Shown one piece after another: positions 13,101 to 23,300 of a stretch of DNA of 64,000 nucleotides. Source of the DNA: Klebsormidium nitens (taxonomy: Eukaryota; Plantae; Klebsormidiophyceae); NCBI GenBank assembly GCA_000708835.1, contig DF237451.1:3643-67642 (forward strand). Reading direction: 5' to 3'. Both the position numbers and the translations under genes were made by a program. Within the stretch, counting starts at the first letter, position 1. Each line of letters begins with the position of its first letter. Under the pieces are notes generated by a model. The model did no database searches, was not told where the DNA came from, and saw only the letters and a program-made list of their open reading frames with translations.

Positions 13101-14107
13101 ACTGCAAGGTGAGACATTGTGCATTTGGCTTGTGTGTACTGTGCACACACAAAGGAAGTCAGATAAACTGGTCATACAATCCAACGAGAGTTCTTTTGCT
13201 GAAAAGCATCTTTAGTTCATTGAGCACCCTTTCTTAGGCCAGCTGTTGACAAGTGCACCTAAGAAGTTGGTGCAAGCAGCTGCAAATCCCTGACAATCTC
13301 TCCCCGGCACCTTCTCTTTGTTATCTGCAGGAGTAATATCTTTGCTTTTTAATATTAAAACAAAAACAAGATGAAGTGAGGGCAGATGGGGCTGTTCGCA
13401 GATTGCATGACAATTCTTGCTCCCTGCTACCTTGAAATGCAGGTCTCTCTCTAGGCTCCTTGTTGTTCATGACCTACCAGTCAGAGCAACTAGGTGCGGG
13501 TACATAGATCCAGAACTGCACTGGTTGGCTGCAGGTCTTGCTAAGCAGAAGGAGACCGACTTGCCGAGGGGAGAGCAGGCCAGCCAGCTCTTGTTCCAAC
13601 AGAGCCGGATGGCAAACCTCCAGGAGCCCATCATGGACTCCGCTGATGGTTACTTTGAAGTAAGTGTAAAGCCAACTGGACGATGCCCGTTACACTTCAC
13701 ATTTTGAAATTCGGCCGCGCTTATAGACTTCTGGCCTCTCCGTTTGGAGTGTTTTAACAAACGGAACGAAAGCGTACGAGATTGGACTCCTAGAATGCCA
13801 AGCTGCTCAATTGCGCACAATTTCATCCTGTTCAGATTGGTCATCGAGCTTGCCCAAAAGTGAAGACCTCTTGTATTCGCAGGTTGAGCGAGTTTCCACA
13901 TCCAGCGTCACCCTCAGCGCGTTTCCGGCGGGCAGCAGTGGAGGCTTGAGCGATCCTGATGCCTTGGAGCTGACCCTGCCGCTGGGCATCACGCAGCTGC
14001 TGCGGAAAGGGGACACGGTGTGCCTCTCGCTGGTCAGGGATGCCACGGGGGACTGGAAGGTGCACCAGTCCGGGAACGTGTATCCAGATGGGAACGCCTC
14101 CGACTGA
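10140..14107 (+). pseudogene. Multi-exon gene of unknown family disabled by at least 11-13 in-frame TGA/TAA stops with no frameshift needed
   Basis: Phase-consistent exons: ~10410-10550 | 10636-11254 | 11367-11524 | 11857-12340 | 12420-? | 12621-12670 | 12771-12893 | 13021-13109 | 13331-13658 | 13883-14107. TGA at 10706, 10820, 10943, 11006, 12014, 12447, 12486, 13372, 13408 (plus 10332 and 10447 in the less certain 5' exons); TAA at 11135 and 11981. One donor (after 12420) could not be fixed. Confidence 0.72.
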
Positions 14108-14976
14108 ACCTCTTGTCCGGGGGTCAATGGCAGCCGGCTTTGGACCCACCTTCCAAGACTGTTTTGGACTCCATCGAAGAGATTTTGGTTGTCTTTTAAG
14201 TGACGAGATCTGCCCAGCCTTTTTCCGGTGTCGAAGTCAAGCACTGGTTTGCACGTTTTGTCGCTCGGTTTCCTGTTGCAATGGAAGTCGTGCCTAGGTG
14301 GTCGTGATCGGGACGTATAATAACTTAACGTTGAACGTGTTTCGCAAATTGTTCTTGTACAGCTTGCCGTTTGAAGGTCGATAGACTGCTGTGAGTCTTG
14401 AGCACCAGGCAGGGCCCTATATCTGCCGCCGCTCGGAAATCTGGTTGGTTTCTACGTCCTTGTAGAGCAATCTTTTGATGACTCGTACTCCAAATCCACA
14501 GATTATGTACCCATAACTAAAAGGTGCTCCGCAAAAGCTATGTGATCATCAGCCCATACAACGTATCTTATGAGCGAACAAAGAAGTTTACTCTAGATCA
14601 ATAGACTCCCATGGCGTGTACCGACATCCGACCAACTCTGGTTCCGCAGCTCCCATGCCTGAGCTAGGCGTGGCTCCACAGTGACATTCTAAAGCGATCG
14701 GACATGCAAGTCATTCACCTAGCCGTTTCTATGGTAGACGAGATAGCCTATACCTAGGTAGCTATAGCTGACTGCATGTTGGTAACATAGCTGTTGGACG
14801 GCTCCGGTACGTGAATTGTCCTAGTGGTTGAGTATAGACGATCGATAAAAGAAGTAAGGCTGACATAAAACACCTAATTCGACACTTGTACGGAAAGCCT
14901 ATGGCCCTACTGGCTTACGGCGTATTTGAAAATAGACCATCGTCCTGTACATTAACTGCATGATGAATGATAATAA

Positions 14977-15409
14977 GGGTACCGTCACTTTGAAGTGGCC
15001 GCCACCCGGTTACGTATTTCAATTAGAGGCACTTTGGCCGGAGGGTCCCAAGCCCCCCCCCCCTCCCGCGGCCTTGGCTTCAAAAGGTCAAGGCCCCAGT
15101 CCAGAAAGGCACAACCCGGGCAAATTTTATGGACAAATGTACTGTCGTATGGATGGATTTGCCCCTTCTTTACCTTGAAAAGTGTTTTTATGTCTCACTC
15201 ATGGTCTAGAATTTCAGACCCATGGACTAAAAGAAGACAAATTAGCATGAAAAAGCAATGATATGTACTTCAGCTGAAATCCGGCCGCCTGGGGCTTCGC
15301 CCCATGCAAGTCAATTAGTCCCCACCTTCGCCGGGTTGGCTGAAGCAACCCAAGCCCCCCCCCCCCAACAGAATTCCTAAGGGGGTGCCACTTCAAAGTG
15401 ACGGTACCC
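14977..15409. mobile_element. MITE, about 430 bp, with 23-bp perfect terminal inverted repeat
   Basis: GGGTACCGTCACTTTGAAGTGGC at 14977-14999 and its exact reverse complement GCCACTTCAAAGTGACGGTACCC at 15387-15409. Internal direct repeat CCCAAGCCCCCCCCCC near 15046 and 15348. No ORF of note. Confidence 0.8.
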
Positions 15410-15833
15410 TGGCAGCATGATCGGGTCGGAATGTCGTGCACTGAGGCATCTCCGACTGGCTGCGACATCGAATTACGAGCTAATATATTCGTAAATCCGA
15501 TTGACAGCTATCTTTTTGGTCATCTTGCATGGTGACTAAATTCTTGAACTCTCTTACAACCCCACTTTGCAGTGTGTGGTCTTGAAGAGCGGTGATCGGC
15601 AAATTGGCCTGATGGTGACTCATGCCATCCTTGACCACATGGGCTGGACGTGCATGCTCGTGCAGCAACACGTTACAACCAACAGGGTTGACGAGTTCAA
15701 TTCGGATAATAATGAAACTGCTGCGACACATGCCATGATGCCCTATCATGATAGGGTACTCACAAGCTCCACTTCAAACCAGGACTTTCAATTCTCATAT
15801 GTACACACTTCCGACTCACTAGACTGCGGAAAG

Positions 15834-18800
15834 TCATACTTTCTTCACAATTTGTACGACATCTTCGTCCTCTAAAACATGTTCCTGCAAGAGTTTCGAT
15901 CAACGCTCTCTTTTAGAAAGCGTCCCCGCACGCACTCTTGACTCGATTCGCCCCAAGGAAAGATTCCGGCAAATGCAGTCGTATTTCCTATGCGAAGCCA
16001 CAAAACAGAGCTGTACGTAAGGAGACCGGGCCAAAGCAAGCAGAGTCGATGAAGAAAGTGCAAGTACGTTCGGGAGTAGCATCGGTAGCTCACCTTTCCC
16101 ACTTTTTGCGGTTTATGTTTCGCGCTGGATCCCCACACCAACGCGCTGCACCAACAAGAGAGCAGTCGATAAAGGGTACGGAGAGACCCACAAGTCGTGG
16201 ACCAACATTCGTGCAAAGTGGCGTGCGAAAACCGGATGACGGAATGTAAAATTTTGCTGACCCACTCGCAGAAAACGGGCGAAGACGTTAAGAAGCGCTG
16301 GACCGCTTCAATGGATCACCAGCTAGTACTCCTGCAGCACTGAAACTGACTAGTGCACAATCCGAGCCGCCAACGCAACGGGCAGAACTCCAAGCTGGCC
16401 AAAACCCCCGGTGTGAGCTTACTTTTTGAACTGTTTGAGAATGTCTTTGTGTATCCGGTTGCAGAAGTCCTCAACGGTGGTGTGCTCCGCGCTGAGGATG
16501 ACGGGGTCGTCGTAGTCCGGGTTCACGCCCTTGGGCTTGGTGTACCTGCACGCAGAACGCCGCGTGTCGGTCGCGCGGACTAGTGGGGCGGCATGAAGAC
16601 ACGGCCCTCTCAATCCGGTGACACTGTGAACCTTACGCTGTGGAGGCGGGACACTGAGAGCTGGCGACTCGTATCGTCATACAGTACCACGTGTGTTATA
16701 CTGGGCACCTAGCCTTGGTGCTCCATGCAATAATAGTATTCGCCCGAGCAGCGGCGAGAAGCTCGCAGACTGCATAGCCCTCTGGAGTCGAGACCACTGT
16801 TACGCCCATGAGCGAGCAACTCGAAGCGCAGCCTCTACAGTGGCAAACAAGCCAATTGATGTGCGTTGCGCTCCACAAGGATAGCAAAGGACGAAAAGGG
16901 ATCGTCGTATTGCTCAGCTACTCGGAGCCTCAACAACGCGCTTGCAACTGCGCAGCGGCGTCTGCTTGGGAGGGTGGGCGTGGGACTTACACTCGGATGA
17001 GGTTGAGGTACTCCCAGATTTTGTCGAGGAGGCCGTCCAGGTTCCACTCGAGGTGCGCGGAGACGGGGCAGTAGTGCGGCATGCGGTCCATCACCTGCAG
17101 CTCCTCCAGCGTGATCTGGTCCACCTTGTTCACCACGTACACGCACGGGATGTACTTCCTGCACACGCATCACCGCACCCGTCCGCCCTCTCAGCACAGC
17201 CCGTGTATTGATGATGGGCAGAGAGTACTATGCGAGGCAAGGTCGCCTCGCCAGGGTGAATGCGTCTTTGACAATAAAAGGAGAGCCTCTAATCTCGGCT
17301 TTTAGCAGCTACGTATCAGTCGTTGGCAGGGTACGACACACGTGCCAGTCCTCTCATTCTGCGGCCCTGAGACGGACTTCTGCAAGCCATTCCTTCACCT
17401 GTTCCCTTCGACAACGTCGATAAGGTCGTCCGCAGTGGCATCGTAGCGCAGCGTGATGTCGGCGTTGTGAATCTTGTACTCCCCCAGGATGGCCTTCACG
17501 GTTTCTGCGTCCAGCTGCGTGTTCTGCACCGTGGTCGTGAAGTTGATGCCGCCCTTGTCCTTGCGCCGGAACGTGATGTTGGGCGGCTGCTTGTTCAGCC
17601 GGATGCCAAACCCCTCCAGCTCCTTCTCAATCAGCCGCTTGTGGCTGATGGGCTTGATCGCGTCCAGCACAATGAGGATGCAGTTGCACGTGCGCGCCGT
17701 GCTGATCACCTGCCGCCCACGACCCTTGCCGTCCTTGGCGCCCTCAATGATACCAGGCAGGTCCAGCAACTGCACGGGTCACGCAACGCCAAGTTGTCAA
17801 ACGTTCTCCCCTAGTCAAACATTGAAAAACGAGTGAAGGATATCACACAAAAAAACCTTCAGAAGGTGGCCGCCAGGGCGTCAAACGAGGACAAAGGTGC
17901 TGAAATCAATTTTTACGATTGATTTCAGCACCTTTGTCCTCGTTCGGCTCACTCCGCGGCACGCCGGAGTGAGACGAACGGAGCGCGAGCACTTGGCGAA
18001 TCGACCAGTTCACAGTGGCCCAGGTACATGCAAACGCGCGGCTTCATGTATGAGAAGTGCGCACACGCACCTGGATCTTGGCCCCTCGGTAGCGAATGAC
18101 CCCCGGGACACAGGTGAGCGTGGTGAACTCGTACGACGCCACCTCTGAGAAGGTCCCGGTCAGCTTATTCAGCAGCGTGGACTTGCCCACGGAGGGGAAG
18201 CCCACCAAGCCCACGCGCGAGTCTCCGGCCTTGGTGACATCAAACCCGGAGCCAGCCCCACCGCCGGCGCCCCGCTCCGAAGGGGCCAGAATCTCCCTCC
18301 GCAGCTTAGCAAGCTTGGCCTACGCAGACGGAAGACAGAGGTTTCGAATAATTGGCGTGGTACCAAGTGGCACACAATCTGGCAACTAAGTGACATCACC
18401 CAGGCAATCGGAGAAAGACAAACGAAAGGAAAGCGACAGGACAACATTCGAAATGAAGTTTGTGTCGAACAGCGTTGGCACGAGAAGACAGTACCGCTAC
18501 AAGGCTAATTACTCGGGAGGTCCGCGATCAATGTGATACCAGAAGGAAGATCATGAGCAGTATAAGCATAACGCATTTGAGACGCCTGTCAAGTCCGCTG
18601 CTGATGATGCCAGAATGATTCCCTTCCTGTGCAAACAATAGACTGGAGCGAGCAGTGGTGTTGGTGGTGCGGCCTCACCTTGAGCAGGCCCAGGTGCTGG
18701 CTGGTCGCCTTGTTCTTCTGTGTGCGGGCCATCTGAGAGGGAGACCATCGCGCAAACCCTTGAGCGTTGATTGTGTCAGGCATCCCAACATACACTCAGA

Positions 18801-18979
18801 TAAAGTATTGACCCAAGACTTTCTCTTCAGGATGTTCAGAACGTTTCATGCATACGGGAGAGCAATCCGTAACAGCAGGGAAGGCAGGGAGTGCTTTTGC
18901 AAAAACCATTTGCACACGGGTCGCAACGTAAGCCTACCTCGTCCTCGATGTCCTTGATTTTCTGCATGACGGTCGCCAT
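15834..18979 (-). CDS. DRG1: Developmentally regulated GTP-binding protein 1 (OBG-family GTPase with TGS domain), 8 exons
   Basis: Exons 18938-18979, 18679-18732, 18071-18319, 17399-17769, 16991-17158, 16423-16545, ~16094-16145, 15834-15884. They give [40 protein letters not shown]...[12 protein letters not shown]...YEFTTLTC...[21 protein letters not shown]...NKVD...[12 protein letters not shown]. Confidence 0.97.
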
Positions 18980-20310
18980 GGCTGCTGGTGGAGGTCAATG
19001 CCCGCCCTGAGAAGCACTCTCAAAAGAAGGATGAAAGGACAGCTTTCGCCTTCGAGCCCACAGGCAAAAGCGCCACTCTCAGATGCAGAATGGAATCTCC
19101 AGCAGAAACTAAAAATTGAATATTTGATCATGCTTGCAATTTTCTTGTCTCTTTGCCCGCACGAGCCCAGCCGCACGAGATGCCGTTAACGGTTCCTCCG
19201 GCCTCGCATTCTAGTTCTTTTTGAATGGTAAAGGTTGAATTAAGCAGTTGTGGCGTTCGAGAAGCCACGTCGCTAGGATTGTACTTTTGAGCAGTCCACG
19301 GTCAGCACAGTCACAGCGGAACTTCGGAAGCAGCAAAAAGTATCTTCTGAGCAGGGGGGGAAGGTTTGCAGAACAGGGTGTTTGAAAGGCATGCCAATGG
19401 CGTCCCTTGCTTCTTGTAGCACGACAGCATGACAGGTTTTGGTTCGTGTATCACGCCTTGGAGTGGACTGCTGGTGAGTTCTGATCTCGAAACAGGAAGA
19501 AAGTCTTGGTTTGGCTAAGGCCCAGAGAATCAGCGAGCTTCTCTTTCAAGGCAGGGGCAAGTTCCATCAGGGTGCGTAGCGTGTTTAGGTAAGTCTCTTA
19601 CGTTGGGAACTTGAGGCAGTGGCAACGAAATCCTGGTACTCGTGTGGGTTTTCGCAGAAGTCCATGGAGGGTGTGGCACTTGCCATCCTGCAATCCGGTG
19701 GAAGTTGCGTTGCTTGACCACGCGTTTGGGATGTTAGGGCTCAGTTTGTCTGGGAAGAGTCCGGAGGTTGAAGCTGCGGCCAAGGTTACCTTGTCGTTGA
19801 AACATGCAGTTTAGTAACGAGGAGCCTACCCGGGCGCCATACATCAGGCGGTTGGACGCTGGTTCCAGTCTGTGATTCTGATGAGAGCAACATTCGCTTT
19901 TAGCTAGACTCTTGGGGTTCCGCGAGGGGGCCATTCTTTGGCTCTGGCGGCAAGCACTATCATTGTCAGCTGCTGGCTGTCAGGACACTTTTTGGGCCCC
20001 CTTGCCCAGTGCGTCGGTCTTTTTGTAGCTCGCTGTCGTGAAGCTGGCGTGCATGCCTTGGGCCCGGCTGGGTACGTCTTCCATAGCATCCTCTTCAGAG
20101 CTGTTCTGGCAAAGCAATCGACAGCCTTGCAGCTGCGGCGGAAATTACTCCCCGCTACTTCTCTTTGCATCTCTAGTTTGTCAGCAAGGATTGAGGTTTG
20201 GATTGAGGTCTTCCAAGAAGCGGAAACTTTGATTTTGATGTGGCTCTTTTGTTCTGTTCAGGTAATGTTACTATAGCATGAGCCGAGGCTAGGTGTATTG
20301 TACTGCCCAT

Positions 20311-23300
20311 ATGGCGGAACACGGCAGGAGCGGTGGGCCGGAGGGTGTGCCGCGGGCAGCTTGCTCAGCAGACGGCTATCCGCAGGCCCCTCAGTCTTTG
20401 GCGAGGAATGAAGAACCGCGCATGGAAGAGGGCATTTCGGGGCATCAGCAGGAGAGGGGCTGGGGTCAGGATCAAGCGGCTGATTGGCAGGACGAGGAGG
20501 CGGCGGGAGTGGAGCAGGGCCGGGAGGCCCACGCCCAGCGGCAAGAGGGGCAGGCCGAGCAAGCGGGAGGCGGGCGGGCCTCAGAGCACTTGCTGGACGA
20601 CGGCCATGACGGCAGGGGGTGGGGCCCGGCGCCTAGCACCAGTTGGCATCCCGGTCAGGAGCAGGACATGTATGAGAGGCCGAGATCTGGGGGCCCTGGG
20701 GGGCAGCCGGCTAGGGGCCACTCCAGGGAGGACGGAGCAGGGGCAGGGGGGTGGCAGCAGGAGGGGCGCCAGGGGAAAGGGGGGCATGCGCAGCAATGGC
20801 AACAACAGGTATGTAAGCTCAGTCTCAGGTGTTGGCAAAAGATTGACGAGATGAAGTTTAAGGCTGGATTGGTTTTCTGGCCCACTCGTATCTACTACAT
20901 GGTTCTGGGAAAGTAGTGGAGTACGGGCTAAGCCCAGGATGCCAGCAAAGCCTTGGACCAGTCTGGGTGCGTTCATAGTCTGGGTGCTTCCAGTGTTTGT
21001 TCTTGACTGAGTGTGCTCTTTCTTAAGCTATGCGTGGATTAGTAACGTGATGTGACAGGTTTGAGCCCATTTTTTTGACACTGCCCTCTCCTCTGTTGGC
21101 AGCATCCACCTCATCCGGAGCAGCCGCCAGGTCATCGCCAGCCATCGCGAGGCCAAATGCAGCCCCCTCATCATCCAATGGGTGCCCCGAGTGATGCCTG
21201 GCATCATCTGCGGGGGGGGGGTGGCGAGCCGCGCCCCCAGAGTGCCCCCCCGCAGACCTGGCCGGCGCGCCCCCCAGTACGGCACCGAGAGGGCCCCGGG
21301 GCTTCACGGCCGCACAAGGGCGGCCTTCCTAGCATTCCTTCGAGCGAGTCTTTGGAGCGGTTGCGGGGGGCCATGGCGCAGGTGCAAGCTGCCCAGGCAC
21401 ACCCGGAGCAGCACGACATGCGGGCGCCCCCCCACGGCTTCCGGGAAGGTCCGGAGCAGGAGATGGCGCACACGGGGGGCATGCCGTCCCCCATGGAGAT
21501 CATGCAGATGCGGCAGGCGGCTGCAGCCATGGCGGCCGCCAAGTATGCGTCGCGGCAAGCGGAGGGGTTGTTCGATCGAGGGCAGGGGGGTCGGCCTGAG
21601 GGCAGGGCGGGGCCTGGAGACGGGGGGGGCACGCGGGTGGCGCTGGACGGGATGGCCATATCGCCGGCGGTGGTGGAGGAGCGGCAGCGGCAGTGGCTGC
21701 TCATGCAACAGCACCAGCAAGCACTGCTGCAACACCGTCTGCAGCAACAGCAACAAGGACAGGTGGGGGGGGGGGGTGATGAGTACAGAGTGCAAGAGGG
21801 GCTGACGCACAGGATAGTCTTGGTCTGGACGTGAGGGGAGTGCTTGTGCAAGACGATGTTGGGCTCTACTTACGTCATCCCAGATCTGTTCCGTTTGCAG
21901 CTGGTGCCTTCCGTATTCTACTCTCGTTACAACAATGTGTTTGTTGTGTCCATTGTTGTCCACCCTGACACCCGCTGCTTCCTTTCCCCAGATGTCGGAG
22001 GAGCAGTTCCAGGCCGCAATGATGGCGCAGCAGCAGCTTGCGCGCATGCACGGCTGGCGTGGTCCCCACCCTGGTATGCCCCACCCCCTGGCCGCGCTGT
22101 CCCTGGGCCTGGGTATGGGCCTAGGCCAGCCCCCCTTGCAGCCGCCGGGCGATCATCAGCTCCAGGGTGTCCCGCATCCCCTGCCCCAGCGACACGCCCA
22201 CTCTGAGGGGAGCCATCCGGTACAGCGGATGGGGGCGCAGCGCGAGGAGGCACCCGGACAGGTGAGAGCCGACTGCTGCGAAAAACGATGTTTGTGTCGG
22301 TGGGTTGTTCAAGTATTTGCTGCTGCAAGGTCTCGAAATGGAAGTCTGGTTAGTCTCTTGGTGACGCATCATTCTACTGCCGTTGTTTGCTGAGATCAGC
22401 TGCTTTGTTGTCTGGTTGTTGACAAAGCAGTGCGCCTGATTCTTGTTCTGCTTTCCATAGAAATTTCGGTCTATTGGTTTGAAACATGTGACGAAGAATC
22501 CCATTGTGACAGCATACTGACTGAGCTATATGACTTATTACAGGGGCAAGGCAGTGAAGGCCGTCCACCGCGGTCGAGCCTGGCGTCCGTTTCACAGCGC
22601 GCAAGCTCCCCCCAAACAGTTTCATACCAGAGCAACCTGGAGCGGCCAGACTTCGAGCGCGAGCGCCGCTACGTCATGCAGCAGCGTGCGCGGCAGCAGC
22701 AACTTCAAGAGCAGCAGCAGCACCAACAACAACAACAACAGCACTCACATTCGCAGCAGGCGCCCTCTCCTCGCTGGGGGGCCGCCTCGCTGGACACGTC
22801 TCAGCAGGGGCTCCCCCCCACCAGCCAGCGGCGCAGCCCCGGCCCTAGCTGGGGGGCTGGCCCAGCGCAGTCGCAGGAGGTGCAGGGGGGCATGCCGCGG
22901 GTGCGGTCGCGGGAGCAGCTGCTGTCGGAGATGCGCCGCTCGCGTTCACACGAGTCTCTGGAGCGGCACCCCCTGGCGCAGCAGCAGCGGGTGCAGCCCC
23001 CCCCGGTGCGACACCCCCAAGTGCCGCGCACGCTGTCCCCCACTAGCACTGCGCCGTCCAGCTTTGAGGCGGGCAGTGCGGAGCATGGCATCAGGGGTGG
23101 CCCCCAGACCTCGGCGGGGGGTGCGGTGCAGCGGCCTCGCGAGCGAGACTACCAGGGGGGCGAAAAGGACGGCTCCGAGCGTCCGGGGAGCCGCAACGAG
23201 GAGTGCGAGGAGCGGCGGTCGGCGGAGGCAGTGCGGCAGGCGCGGGTGCATATGAGCCACCTGGCAGGACCGTCGTCACAGCACGACGAGCGCGCCCACT

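Noticed and set aside
10636-13410. Multi-UGA selenoprotein interpretation of the unknown gene
   Set aside because: Two in-frame TAA are also present, the TGA contexts read better as Arg than as redox Cys, and no SECIS could be identified by eye. Deamination is more parsimonious.
19900-20290. ORFs 19938-20276 and 19904-20170 as separate genes or uORFs
   Set aside because: The plus-strand ORF has a non-ATG start; neither has coding-like composition or homology. They most likely belong to the SPA 5' UTR/intron and the DRG1-SPA divergent promoter.
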